From Pseudomonadota bacterium (GTDB taxonomy: Bacteria > Pseudomonadota > Alphaproteobacteria > Rhodobacterales > Rhodobacteraceae), in assembly GCA_020161615.1 (NCBI GenBank), contig JAIUPD010000001.1, positions 450,875 through 514,874 on the forward strand: a DNA stretch of 64,000 nt. Direction: 5' to 3'. Under the pieces are notes generated by a model that was not told where the DNA came from, made no database searches, and saw only the letters and a program-made list of their open reading frames with translations. How positions within the stretch are numbered: position 1 is the stretch's first letter; each line of letters opens with the position of its first letter. A program made the position numbers and the translations under genes. Shown here in pieces: positions 39,333-48,325 of this stretch.

Positions 39333-41848
39333 GCCTCGCCATCGCCGCCAGGCTGGCCCGGCGCGAGCTGCGCAGCGGGTTGGGCGGGTTCCGCATCTTC
39401 CTTCTCTGCCTTACGCTGGGCGTGGGCGCCATCGCTGCCGTGGGCTCGGTCCGCTCGGCCATCGAGGGCGGGCTTGCGCGCGAAGGGCGGGCACTGCTGG
39501 GCGGTGACGCCGAACTGCGGCTGACCTATCGCTTCGCCGACGAGGCCGAGCGCGCCTGGCTCACCGAGCATTCCGCCGCCTGGTCCGAGGTGGTCGATTT
39601 CCGCTCCATGGCCACCGCGCCCTCGGGCGAACGCTCGCTGACCCAGGTCAAGGCCATCGACGACAATTGGCCGCTGGTCGGCGCCCCGGTCTTCGACCCG
39701 CCGATGGACATCGCCACCCTGCTCGCCGGGCGCGACGGCCTGCCGGGCGCGGCGCTGGACCCGCTTCTGATCGACCGGCTGGGGCTGGAGATCGGCGACC
39801 GGGTGCGCCTTGGTACGCAGGATTTCGCGTTGATGGCCGCGGTGGTGCGCGAGCCTGATACGGTTGGCACCACCTTCGGCTTCGGCCCCCGCAGCCTGGT
39901 GGGGATCGAGGCCCTGCGCCAGTCGGGGCTGGTCGGCGCGGGCTCGATGTTCGACACCTCCTACCGGCTGGTGCTGCGCGACGGCGACACGCTGGCCGAG
40001 ACCCGCCGCTCGCTGATCGACACCTTCCACGATGCCGGCATCCGCTGGCGCGATTCGACCCGGGCCGAGCCCGGGATCGAGCGTTTCGTCGACCGGATCG
40101 GCGCCTTCCTGGTGCTGGTCGGGTTGGCGGGGCTCGCCGTGGGGGGCATAGGCGTCTCGGCGGCGGTGCGGGCCTATCTCGACGCCAAGACCGGGGTCAT
40201 CGCCACGCTGAAGACGCTGGGGGCCGAGGGGCGGGTGATCTTCGCCACCTATTTCCTGCAGATCGGCGTCCTGACCCTGCTGGGGGTGACGCTGGGCGTC
40301 GCGCTGGGCGCAGGGGCCCTGCTGGTGGCGGTGCCGCTGGCACAGGACAGCCTGCCGGTGCCGATTGCGAACGGGATCTATCCCCGGCCGCTGGCCGAAG
40401 CCGCGCTTTATGGTCTGCTGACGGCGCTGGTCTTCACCCTCTGGCCGCTGGCGCGGGTCGAGCGGGTGCGCGCCGCCGCCCTCTATCGCGGGCAGGGAGC
40501 CGAGGCCCGGGCCCGCCCGCGTCTGGTGCTGATTCTGGCACTGGCGCTGTCGGTGGCGGCGCTGATCGGCGCGGCGGTCTGGTTCTCGGGCACCTGGGAG
40601 CTGGCGCTGGGCGCGGCACTCGGTATCGCCGGGGCGCTGGGTCTGCTGGCGCTGGTCGCGCTGGCGCTCAGGGCGCTGGCCCGGCGGGTGGCGCGGTCCA
40701 CGGCGCTGCGCGGCCGGACGGCGCTGCGGCTGGCGCTCGGCGCGGTCGGCAACCCGCGCGAGGGGGCGGTGGCGGTCGTCCTTTCGCTGGGTCTGGGGCT
40801 GACCGTGCTGGCCACCGTCGGCCAGATCGACGCCAATCTGCGCGGGGCCATCGCCACGGAAATGCCCGATCGCGCGCCCTCGTTCTTCTTCCTCGACCTG
40901 CAGCCCGATCAGGTCGAGCCCTTCCGCACCGCGCTCACGGCCTTCGAGGGCGTGAGCGACATCGAGACGGCGCCCCAGCTGCGGGGTGTTATCAGCCAGA
41001 TCAACGGCCGCCCGGCGCGCGACTACGGTAACCATTGGGTGCTGCGGGGCGACCGGGGCCTGACCTATGCCGCCGATCAGGGGCGCCTCAGGCTGACTCA
41101 GGGGGAATGGTGGCCGGACGATTACGCCGGGCCGCCGCTGATTTCCTTCGGGGCCGAAGAAGGGGCGGAGCTGGGGCTTGCGCTGGGTGACACGATCACG
41201 GTGAATGTCCTCGGCCGCGACATCACCGGCACCATCGCCAATTTCCGCGAACTGGACTTCCGCACCGGGGGCATCGGCTTCGTGATGACCTTCAACCCGG
41301 GGGCTTTCGCCGGGGCGCCGCATACGGTCATCGCCACCGCCCGTGCGCCCGAGGGCAGCGAGGGGGCGATCCTGCGGGCATTGGGCCGCGATTTCCCGAA
41401 CGTGACCGCGATTCCGATCCGCGAGGCGGCCGAGCGGCTGGGCGAGGCGCTGGGCGCGCTCGCCGCCGCGACCTCGCTGGCGGCGCTGGCCACGCTGGCG
41501 ACCGGCTTCGTGGTGCTGATCGGCGCGGCTGCGGCGGGCGAAAGGGCACGCGTCTTCGAGGCGGCGGTGCTGAAGACGCTGGGGGCGACGCGGGGCCGGA
41601 TCCTGGCCAGCTTCGCGCTGCGCTCGGCGCTGATGGGGGGCGCGGCGGGGCTGGTGGCGATCGGCGCGGGCGGCATCGCCGCCTGGGCCGTGCTGACGCA
41701 GGTGATGGAAATCCCCTTCCGCTTCGACCCGGTTTCGGCGCTGCTGATCGTGCTGGGCGGGATCCTCGCGGTGTTGCTCGCAGGGCTCCTCTTCGCGCTC
41801 CGGCCGCTGGCGGCGCGGCCTGCGGGCGTGCTCCGTGCCCAGGAATAG
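39329..41848 (+). CDS. ABC transporter permease, FtsX-like fold, duplicated (YbbP-like)
   Basis: An 839-aa polytopic protein with two FtsX-type modules. ATGA overlap with the ATPase gene. The order matches tesA / ybbA-ybbP in E. coli. Confidence 0.85.
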   Translation: MSLAIAARLARRELRSGLGGFRIFLLCLTLGVGAIAAVGSVRSAIEGGLAREGRALLGGDAELRLTYRFADEAERAWLTEHSAAWSEVVDFRSMATAPSGERSLTQVKAIDDNWPLVGAPVFDPPMDIATLLAGRDGLPGAALDPLLIDRLGLEIGDRVRLGTQDFALMAAVVREPDTVGTTFGFGPRSLVGIEALRQSGLVGAGSMFDTSYRLVLRDGDTLAETRRSLIDTFHDAGIRWRDSTRAEPGIERFVDRIGAFLVLVGLAGLAVGGIGVSAAVRAYLDAKTGVIATLKTLGAEGRVIFATYFLQIGVLTLLGVTLGVALGAGALLVAVPLAQDSLPVPIANGIYPRPLAEAALYGLLTALVFTLWPLARVERVRAAALYRGQGAEARARPRLVLILALALSVAALIGAAVWFSGTWELALGAALGIAGALGLLALVALALRALARRVARSTALRGRTALRLALGAVGNPREGAVAVVLSLGLGLTVLATVGQIDANLRGAIATEMPDRAPSFFFLDLQPDQVEPFRTALTAFEGVSDIETAPQLRGVISQINGRPARDYGNHWVLRGDRGLTYAADQGRLRLTQGEWWPDDYAGPPLISFGAEEGAELGLALGDTITVNVLGRDITGTIANFRELDFRTGGIGFVMTFNPGAFAGAPHTVIATARAPEGSEGAILRALGRDFPNVTAIPIREAAERLGEALGALAAATSLAALATLATGFVVLIGAAAAGERARVFEAAVLKTLGATRGRILASFALRSALMGGAAGLVAIGAGGIAAWAVLTQVMEIPFRFDPVSALLIVLGGILAVLLAGLLFALRPLAARPAGVLRAQE

Positions 41849-41903
41849 GGCGAGGAGCGGGGGGCGAAGGTCCGGCCGCGCCACGGGCGCGGCGTTCGCG
41901 GCT

Positions 41904-41926
41904 GAAACGCGCCACTGGCGCGTTTC
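41904..41926 (+). terminator. perfect 10-bp hairpin after the permease gene
   Basis: GAAACGCGCC-ACT-GGCGCGTTTC, 56 nt after the stop. Confidence 0.55.
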
Positions 41927-41934
41927 CGGGACGC

Positions 41935-42030
41935 CGCTCACCCCCGCGCCCCCCGCCAAAGGGGACCCTCGGGCCCCCTTTGGAAACCCCCGAGGATATT
42001 TGAAGCGCAAAGATGAAGGTTAAGGGGGCG
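41935..42030. repeat. composite palindromic intergenic repeat, copy 4 (single arm only)
   Basis: CCCCCGCGCCCCCCGCC lead-in, hairpin CCAAAGGGG-ACCCTCGGG-CCCCCTTTGG, arm GAGGATATTTGAAGCGCAAAGAT (41992-42014), then GAAGGTTAAGG. I found no inverted partner arm downstream. Confidence 0.8.
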
Positions 42031-42300
42031 TTAAGCCGCCTTCTTCGGCGCGGCGGCACGCCGCGCCGCTGCTCGCCCGAGGCGCCTGCGATGGCGGGTA
42101 ACGAGGGCGAAACCTCTCCTCCCTCCGCGTCACCCGCCGCGCCTCTTCCGCGGAGGGGATCAACGCGCCGAGCATCCGTCGGGCCAGCGAGAAAACCGGC
42201 AGGGGGGATGAATCCGGTTTCTGGCCGGGGGTTCTGGCGCGCCCCGGCCGCACCCGGGTCATCGTCCCGAGCTTTGTTGCGCCCGCCGGCACCCGCCTCA

Positions 42301-42334
42301 AGGCAAAGGGCAGGGGCCGCGATCGGCCCTGCCC
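42301..42334 (-). terminator. intrinsic-terminator-like hairpin downstream of the class V aminotransferase gene
   Basis: On the minus strand: GGGCAGGGCCG-ATCG-CGGCCCCTGCCC, followed by TTTGCCTT, ~60 nt after the stop at 42397. Confidence 0.6.
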
Positions 42335-42396
42335 CTGCCCGGTCATCGGGGCGACCTGCCGCAAGGGCCGCCATCAGCGGCCGAAAGGCTGTCGCC

Positions 42397-43521
42397 TCAG
42401 GCGACGGCCTTCAGCGCCGCGTCGAGGCGGGCCAGCGTGCCGGGGACGTCCTTCAGCTTGTCGAGCCCGAAGAGGCCGATGCGGAAGGTGCGGAAACCCT
42501 CGCCCTCGCCGACCATCAAGGGCACGCCCGCCGCGATCTGGTAGCCCGCGGCGGCGAAGGCCGAGCCGTTCTGCAGCTCGGGCCGTCCGGTGTAGCAGAC
42601 CACCACACCCGGGGCGCCGAAGCCTTCGGCCGCCAGCGGCTTGTGGCCATAGGCGGCGAGCAGCGCCCGCGCCCCTTTGCCCAGGGCGAATTGCGCGGCC
42701 TTGGCGGCGTCGAAGCCCATGGCCTTGGTTTCCAGCATCGCGTCGCGGAAACCCGCCAACGCGTCTGTGGGCATGGTCGCGTGATAGGCGTGACCGCCGT
42801 CCTCATAGGCCTTCATGATCGCGCGCCATTTCTTCAGGTCCAGCGCGAAACTGTCCGAATTCGTGGCTTCGAGCCGCTGTTCGGCCCGCGCCCCCATCAC
42901 CACGATCCCGGCCGAGGGCGAGGCGCTCCAGCCCTTCTGCGGCGCCGAGACCAGCACGTCGACGCCCAGCGCCTTCATGTCGACCCAGGCCGCGCCCGAG
43001 GCGATGCAGTCGAGCACCATCAGCGCGCCCACTTCATGCGCGGCCTCGGCCATCGCCTTGATATAGGCATCGGGCAGGATCATCCCGGCCGAAGTCTCGA
43101 CATGGGGCGCGAAGACGGCTTCGGGTTTTTCCGACAGGATCCGGGCGGTCACTTCAGCGATGGGGGCGGGGGCGAAGGGGGCCTCCGCCTCGTTGCCTTG
43201 GGGCCGTGCCTTCATCACCTCGGTCCCGTCGTTCAGATGGCCCGCGTCGAAGATCGCGCTCCAGCGGAAGCTGAAAAGGCCGTTGCGGACCACCAGGCAT
43301 TTGCCGCGGCCGAACTGGCGGGCGACCGATTCCATGGCGAAAGTGCCGCCGCCGGGAACCAGGGCCACGGCGGTGCCGTTATAGACCTCTTTCATCGTGG
43401 TCGAGATGTCCTTCATCACGCCCTGAAAGCGCTTGGACATGTGGTTGAGCGAGCGGTCGGTGAAGACGACCGAGAATTCTTCGAGGCCGCCGGCGTCGAT
43501 ATGGTCGTGGAGGGCGGGCAT
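42397..43521 (-). CDS. class V aminotransferase (alanine/serine--glyoxylate aminotransferase family)
   Basis: PLP-lysine motif SAPQKGW and a GGGTFAME N-terminal region. A GGAGA Shine-Dalgarno sequence lies ahead of the ATG at 43521. Confidence 0.85.
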   Translation of the reverse strand: MPALHDHIDAGGLEEFSVVFTDRSLNHMSKRFQGVMKDISTTMKEVYNGTAVALVPGGGTFAMESVARQFGRGKCLVVRNGLFSFRWSAIFDAGHLNDGTEVMKARPQGNEAEAPFAPAPIAEVTARILSEKPEAVFAPHVETSAGMILPDAYIKAMAEAAHEVGALMVLDCIASGAAWVDMKALGVDVLVSAPQKGWSASPSAGIVVMGARAEQRLEATNSDSFALDLKKWRAIMKAYEDGGHAYHATMPTDALAGFRDAMLETKAMGFDAAKAAQFALGKGARALLAAYGHKPLAAEGFGAPGVVVCYTGRPELQNGSAFAAAGYQIAAGVPLMVGEGEGFRTFRIGLFGLDKLKDVPGTLARLDAALKAVA

Positions 43522-43552
43522 CTCTATCTCCGTGTTAGATGTCGCGCGCACA

Positions 43553-44308
43553 CTAGGGTGCGGAGGGGCCGGGCGCAACGGCGCCCGAGGGCGGGGCGGG
43601 TCCGGCTGCGATGCCCCCCGCCGCCAGCAGGTCGGGCAGCGTCACCAGCTGGAAGCCGCGTGCGCGCAGCCCGTCGATGATGGCGGGCAGGGCCGCGCGG
43701 GTGGCGGCGCGGCTGTCATACATCGCGTGCAGCAGGATGATCGAGCCGGGCCGCGCCTGATCGATGGCGGCTCGCGCGATGCGCTCGGCGCCTGCGTTGG
43801 GGTCGCTGTCGGGTTCGACATCCCACATCACCGTCAGCCGGTCCTGCTGCGCCAGCACCCAGGGCAGCGAGAACAGCTTCTTGCCATAGGGCGGGCGGAA
43901 GGGCAGCGGCCCCTCGTAGCCCGCCGCCCGAATCGCCGCGTCGGTGCGGGCCAGTTCCTGCTCCACCTCGGCGGGGCGTATCAGGACCATGCGTTGATGG
44001 CTCCAGGAATGGTTGCCCAGCGCGTGACCGGCGGCGACCAGGGCGGCGGTCTCGGCCGGGTGTTCGGTGGCCTCGCGGCCGGTGACGAAAAAGGTGGCGC
44101 GCGCGCCGCGCCCCGCCAGGATGCCGAGGATCTGGTCGGTGTAGCCCGGGGTCGGCCCGTCATCGAAGGTCAGCGCGACCAGCGGGCGATCGGTTTCCAC
44201 CCGCGCCACAAGGCGGCCGAACAGCTGGAACTCGCGCGCCCGGGACAATTGCCAGAGGCCCAGCACCAGGGCGGCAAGGGTGGCGAGGAGCACGAACCAG
44301 CGAGTCAT
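43553..44308 (-). CDS. polysaccharide deacetylase (NodB homology domain) with an N-terminal membrane anchor
   Basis: LTFDDGP, ATFFVTG and GNHSWSH motifs. Confidence 0.8.
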   Translation of the reverse strand: MTRWFVLLATLAALVLGLWQLSRAREFQLFGRLVARVETDRPLVALTFDDGPTPGYTDQILGILAGRGARATFFVTGREATEHPAETAALVAAGHALGNHSWSHQRMVLIRPAEVEQELARTDAAIRAAGYEGPLPFRPPYGKKLFSLPWVLAQQDRLTVMWDVEPDSDPNAGAERIARAAIDQARPGSIILLHAMYDSRAATRAALPAIIDGLRARGFQLVTLPDLLAAGGIAAGPAPPSGAVAPGPSAP

Positions 44309-44378
44309 CGGGGCAGTCTGGGCAGGAAGGCCGAAGTCGTCCAGCCGGCTGGGCGGACATGCGCGGAAGGGTGCCTAA

Positions 44379-45998
44379 TCAGTCCCCGTGCCCCGCCTGC
44401 CATTCCTCCAGCGCGCCCCTCAGCCGGCGGATCAGCACGCCGCGGGCCTTTTCGTCCCCGGCGTCCGAGAGCGCTTCGTTCAGGTCGAGGAACAGTTTCG
44501 AGACGTCGTTGTGCCAGTCGAGATTGGCCACCGCCGCCGGTTGCAGCCGGGGCCCGGCCCGGCCCGGGCCCTCGCTGATTTCCTGGGGTCCGCTGGGCGT
44601 CAGCAGGTAGCCCGAGTCGAGCGCCGGTTGCAGGACAGGCAGCGGGGCCAGCGCCGCGGCTGCGCTGCGGGCCAGCGCCTCCATCGCCGGGGGCTCGCCA
44701 TGGGTCAAGAACAGCCCCTGCCGGACGGGCGCACGCGCGGCGATCCAGGCCTGCAACTCGGGCCCGTCGGCATGACCGGAATAGAGGTCGATCACCCGGA
44801 TCCGGGCCGCGACATCATACCCCTCGCCCTGGATCCGCACCTGTTTGGCACCATCGACCAGGAGCCGCCCCAGCGTCCCCTGCGCCTGATAACCGACAAA
44901 GAGCACCGTCGCCGCCTCGGACCAGAGCCAGCGCTTCAGCCGGTGACGGATGCGCCCGGCCTCGGCCATGCCGGAAGCGGCGATGACGATATGGAAGCCC
45001 TCGATCTGGTCAAGGCGCTTCGAATCCTCGACATCCTGGGTGAAATGCAGGTTCGGGTTGTGCAGCCCGCGGGCCAGCGCGTTGCCGGTCTCCAGCGTCC
45101 GACGGTGGCGGTGGAAGACCTCGGTCGCGCGGCCGGCCAGCGGGCTGTCCACATAGATCGGGATCGGCGGCAGAATGCCCTCGTCCATCAGCCGGGTGAG
45201 GTCCGCGATCAGCTCCTGCGCGCGCTCTACCGCGAAGGAGGGGATCAGCAGCGCACCGTCGGGGCGGATCGCCGCGCGCACCTCCTCGCCCAGGATGGCG
45301 CGGCGCACCTCGTCCGAGGCGCCCAGCCGGTCGGTCCCGCCATAGGTGCTTTCGCAGATCAGGTAATCGACGCCCGAGGGTCCCTCGGGATCGGGATGCA
45401 GAAGCTTGAAGGCCGGGCCGATGTCGCCCGAAAAACACAGGGACAGCGGCTCGCGATGGCCGGGCAGCAGCACCTCCAGCTCGACCGAGGCCGAGCCCAG
45501 CATATGCCCCGCGTTCCAGAACCGTGCCCTGAGCCCCGGCAGCACCGGCACCCAGTCGCCGTAATCATGGCCCCGCATCTGCGCCAGGGTGCGGTCCACA
45601 TCGGCGCCGTCGTAGATGGGCGTGAGCGCATCCTTCTGCCAGCGGGCGCGGCGGCGGTTCAGTTGCTGTACCTCCAGCGCCTGGATATGCGCGGAATCGG
45701 GCAGCATGACACCGCAGAGGTCGACCGTGGCCCGCGTGGCATGGATCGCGCCCGCGAATCCGTCATGCACCAGTTTCGGAAGGAGGCCCGAATGGTCGAT
45801 ATGGGCATGGGTCAGGACAACGGCGTCGATGTCGGCGGGGTCGAAGGGGAAGGGGCGGTAGTTCAGCTCCTTTTCCGTCTTCGAGCCCTGGAACATGCCG
45901 CAATCGACAAGGATCGTGCCCCCGGCGATCACGAGGCGGAAGCACGAGCCGGTGACGCCGCGCGCCGCGCCGTGAAAGGTCAGGATCGGGAAAGACAT
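44379..45998 (-). CDS. MBL-fold metallo-hydrolase with a beta-CASP / RNA-specificity domain
   Basis: HAHIDHSG (HxHxDH) and beta-CASP-type later motifs (ESTYG, SGHAD). A GGAGG Shine-Dalgarno sequence lies ahead of the ATG at 45998. The longer ORF reaching 46391 overlaps marR and is rejected. Confidence 0.85.
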   Translation of the reverse strand: MSFPILTFHGAARGVTGSCFRLVIAGGTILVDCGMFQGSKTEKELNYRPFPFDPADIDAVVLTHAHIDHSGLLPKLVHDGFAGAIHATRATVDLCGVMLPDSAHIQALEVQQLNRRRARWQKDALTPIYDGADVDRTLAQMRGHDYGDWVPVLPGLRARFWNAGHMLGSASVELEVLLPGHREPLSLCFSGDIGPAFKLLHPDPEGPSGVDYLICESTYGGTDRLGASDEVRRAILGEEVRAAIRPDGALLIPSFAVERAQELIADLTRLMDEGILPPIPIYVDSPLAGRATEVFHRHRRTLETGNALARGLHNPNLHFTQDVEDSKRLDQIEGFHIVIAASGMAEAGRIRHRLKRWLWSEAATVLFVGYQAQGTLGRLLVDGAKQVRIQGEGYDVAARIRVIDLYSGHADGPELQAWIAARAPVRQGLFLTHGEPPAMEALARSAAAALAPLPVLQPALDSGYLLTPSGPQEISEGPGRAGPRLQPAAVANLDWHNDVSKLFLDLNEALSDAGDEKARGVLIRRLRGALEEWQAGHGD

Positions 45999-46021
45999 GG
46001 GCGGCACCTCCGGCCCCCAGT

Positions 46022-46513
46022 CTAACGCGTTGTATCGCCGGGACCAGTAGATGTGTCGCGCAGGGTTTCCAACCGGCGCGAAAGCTCCTCCAGATCCCGC
46101 AACAGCCCTGCCAGCCTGTCGGGGTCCCAGCCCCCGGTCAGCACGGCAAAGGCAGGGCCGAAGGATCGCTGCACCGCGCCGACATGGGCGCGCCCCTGCG
46201 CCGTGATCGATACGGGCCGGTTCCGGGCGTCGTTCAGATCCCGCGCGACCTCGACGAGGCCGAGATTGGCGAATTTCTGCACCATCTTGGTGATCGCGGA
46301 TTGGGTCAGATCCAGGGCCCGCACCATATCCGAAATCCGCGACGGGCCCGAGGCGCGCGACAGATGCACCAGCAGCGCGAATTGCGGCCAAGTCAGGTCA
46401 TGCGGCTCCAGCAGGCGCACGATCAGGCCGCTGTATTGTTGGGTGACGATACCCAGCCGCTGACCGAACAGCGCTTCGATGGGCGGGAGCGGAGATGGGG
46501 TGTTGACTTTCAT
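46022..46513 (-). CDS. MarR family transcriptional regulator
   Basis: Winged-helix pattern LTWPQFALLVHL...ISDMVRALDLTQSAITKMVQKFANLGLVEV..D..D.R. Confidence 0.85.
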   Translation of the reverse strand: MKVNTPSPLPPIEALFGQRLGIVTQQYSGLIVRLLEPHDLTWPQFALLVHLSRASGPSRISDMVRALDLTQSAITKMVQKFANLGLVEVARDLNDARNRPVSITAQGRAHVGAVQRSFGPAFAVLTGGWDPDRLAGLLRDLEELSRRLETLRDTSTGPGDTTR

Positions 46514-46545
46514 TCCGCGGAATGTAATTTATATTCCACGGAATG
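46512..46545. promoter_or_regulatory. candidate MarR operator: two 13-nt palindromic boxes 21 bp apart
   Basis: ATTCCGCGGAATG (46512-46524; ATTCCGCGGAAT is a perfect palindrome) and ATTCCACGGAATG (46533-46545), separated by an AT-rich TAATTTAT. It overlaps the marR start codon. Confidence 0.6.
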
Positions 46546-46560
46546 CAAATGGAGACCGAC

Positions 46561-47118
46561 ATGCTGACCCGCCTGCGCACCCTCTCTCTCCCGCTTCATG
46601 GGCTGGCCACGGCCGGGGCCTTCGGGCTGTTTCAGATCGCCAGGACGAGGCTCGATGCCAGCTATGCCGCCTCGGGCTATCCGGTGGATTACGCGACCGG
46701 GCAGCTGTCCTTCAGCGCCGAGCGGCTCGAGGGGTATTACGCCGTGATGACGCAAGCCGGCACGATGGCGGTCTATCTGCGCACACAGATCATCGATTTC
46801 GGCTTCATCGCCTCGGTCCTGCTGCTGTCGGCCCTGCTGGGGACGCTGGTGTCGCGCGCCGGGGGATGGGCGCGGGGCCTGGGCCTGGCAGCAGCGATGC
46901 TGGGGATGGCGGGGGCGGGATTCGACGCGCTGGAGAACCTTCTGTCCTTCGTCATCCTGACGGATCCGGCCGATATCGCGCCCTTGATGGCGCTGACCTA
47001 TTCCAGCGGGGCGGCGGTGAAATTCGCTTTGCTGACCGGCGCGATGGGGGCCCTGGCCCTCGCGCTGCTCGCCGCGATGGGGCAGGGGCTTCGTCGTCTG
47101 GCCCGCCGCGCCGTCTGA
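46561..47118 (+). CDS. hypothetical polytopic membrane protein
   Basis: Several hydrophobic segments. A GGAGA Shine-Dalgarno sequence lies 6 nt before the ATG at 46561; ATGs at 46543 and 46549 are alternatives. Divergent from marR. Confidence 0.55.
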   Translation: MLTRLRTLSLPLHGLATAGAFGLFQIARTRLDASYAASGYPVDYATGQLSFSAERLEGYYAVMTQAGTMAVYLRTQIIDFGFIASVLLLSALLGTLVSRAGGWARGLGLAAAMLGMAGAGFDALENLLSFVILTDPADIAPLMALTYSSGAAVKFALLTGAMGALALALLAAMGQGLRRLARRAV

Positions 47119-47124
47119 AACGAG

Positions 47125-47157
47125 CAAGGGCCGGGCGCCTTGGCGGCCCGGCCCTTG
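47125..47157. terminator. perfect 12-bp hairpin between convergent genes (candidate bidirectional terminator)
   Basis: CAAGGGCCGGGC-GCCTTGGCG-GCCCGGCCCTTG. Confidence 0.6.
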
Positions 47158-47179
47158 GCGTTCGCGTGGAAGGCGGGCG

Positions 47180-47698
47180 TCAGTCGCGGCCGCGGAAGGG
47201 CTCGACGTATTGCAGCGCCATGTCCCAGGGGAAGAAGATCCAGGTGTCCTGGCTGACGCCGGTGATGAAGGTGTCGGTCTGCTTCTCGCCCTCGGGCTTG
47301 GCATAGACGCAGGCGAAATGTGCCTTGGGATAGAGTTTGCGCACCAGTTCCAGGGTTTTGCCGGTATCCACGAGGTCGTCGACGATCAGGATCCCCTCGC
47401 CGTCGCCCATCATCTCGGCATTCGGCGATTTGATGACCTGGGCCTCGCGCCGCTGGTCCTCTTTCCCGCCGCCCGAATGGTAGGATTTCACGCTGATCGT
47501 GTCGACCATGCGGATGTCCAGCTCGCGCGAGACGATCATCGCCGGGGCCATGCCGCCGCGGGTGATCGCCACGACCGCGCGCCAGCTGCCGTTGTCGGGG
47601 CCGCGACCCTGCAGGCGCCAGGCCAGCGCGCGCGCGTCGCGGTGCAGCTGATCCCAGCTGACGTGGAAACCCTTCTCATGGGGCAGGCGGTCGATCAT
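47180..47698 (-). CDS. gpt: xanthine-guanine phosphoribosyltransferase
   Basis: [16 protein letters not shown]-terminus, the PRPP-binding motif [13 protein letters not shown], and a C-terminal WIFFPWD. Confidence 0.9.
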   Translation of the reverse strand: MIDRLPHEKGFHVSWDQLHRDARALAWRLQGRGPDNGSWRAVVAITRGGMAPAMIVSRELDIRMVDTISVKSYHSGGGKEDQRREAQVIKSPNAEMMGDGEGILIVDDLVDTGKTLELVRKLYPKAHFACVYAKPEGEKQTDTFITGVSQDTWIFFPWDMALQYVEPFRGRD

Positions 47699-47709
47699 CG
47701 GGAACTCCT

Positions 47710-48324
47710 TCAGCGGGACAGAAGCAGGCGCAGCCCCAGCGCGCCCAGCACCGCCCCCGCGGTCCGGTCGATCCAGAGCTTGGCGCGAAGATAGGCCGCC
47801 CGCGCCGCCGGACGCGAGAGGATCAGCGCCAGAAGCGTATACCCCAGGATCTCCAGCAGGAAATGGGCCGCGACGACGAACGTGGCGTCACCGAAGCCCA
47901 GGCCGGCGGGAAAGATCACCACCAGCACGGCGGCGGAAAACAGCACCGATTTCGGATTGGCGAGGTTGACCAGCAGGCCCGAGCCGAACGCCCGGCTCCA
48001 GCGCCTGCGTCCGTCCGAGGGACCCTGGCCCAGCGGGCTGCCCGCGTCGCGCCAGATCTGCACCGCGATCCACAGAAGGTAGAGCGCGCCCGCCAGTTTC
48101 ATCGCGGCAAAGGCCCAGGGCACCAGCACGAACAGCGCGCCCAGCCCCGCCAGCGCCGCGGCGGTCCAGCCCGCCGCGACCATCGCCAGGCCCGTGCCGG
48201 TGGCGATCCCGGCGCCCAGGCCCCCGGTCAGCGTGTTCCTGAGCGCCAGTAGCATCGCCGGACCCGGCACGATGAAGGCCGCGGCGAGGGTCAGCACGAA
48301 AGCGGCGAGCTGGGCGGCGGTCAT
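47710..48324 (-). CDS. LysE/RhtB family amino-acid exporter
   Basis: A ~200-aa six-TM protein with the N-terminal PGPAMLL motif typical of the LysE family. Confidence 0.85.
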   Translation of the reverse strand: MTAAQLAAFVLTLAAAFIVPGPAMLLALRNTLTGGLGAGIATGTGLAMVAAGWTAAALAGLGALFVLVPWAFAAMKLAGALYLLWIAVQIWRDAGSPLGQGPSDGRRRWSRAFGSGLLVNLANPKSVLFSAAVLVVIFPAGLGFGDATFVVAAHFLLEILGYTLLALILSRPAARAAYLRAKLWIDRTAGAVLGALGLRLLLSR

Positions 48325-48325
48325 G

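Noticed and set aside
42013-43680. A 555-aa plus-strand ORF and a 114-aa minus-strand ORF (42020-42364) in and beside the long non-coding stretch.
   Set aside because: The plus ORF is antisense to the class V aminotransferase for most of its length. Both have Arg/Pro/Gly-dominated sequences with no motifs and no ribosome-binding site.
44379-46391. A 670-aa version of the MBL/beta-CASP ORF extending upstream over marR.
   Set aside because: The extension overlaps the well-supported MarR gene in another frame and has low-complexity composition. A GGAGG Shine-Dalgarno sequence precedes the ATG at 45998, which gives the conserved MSFPILTFHGAARGVTGSC N-terminus.
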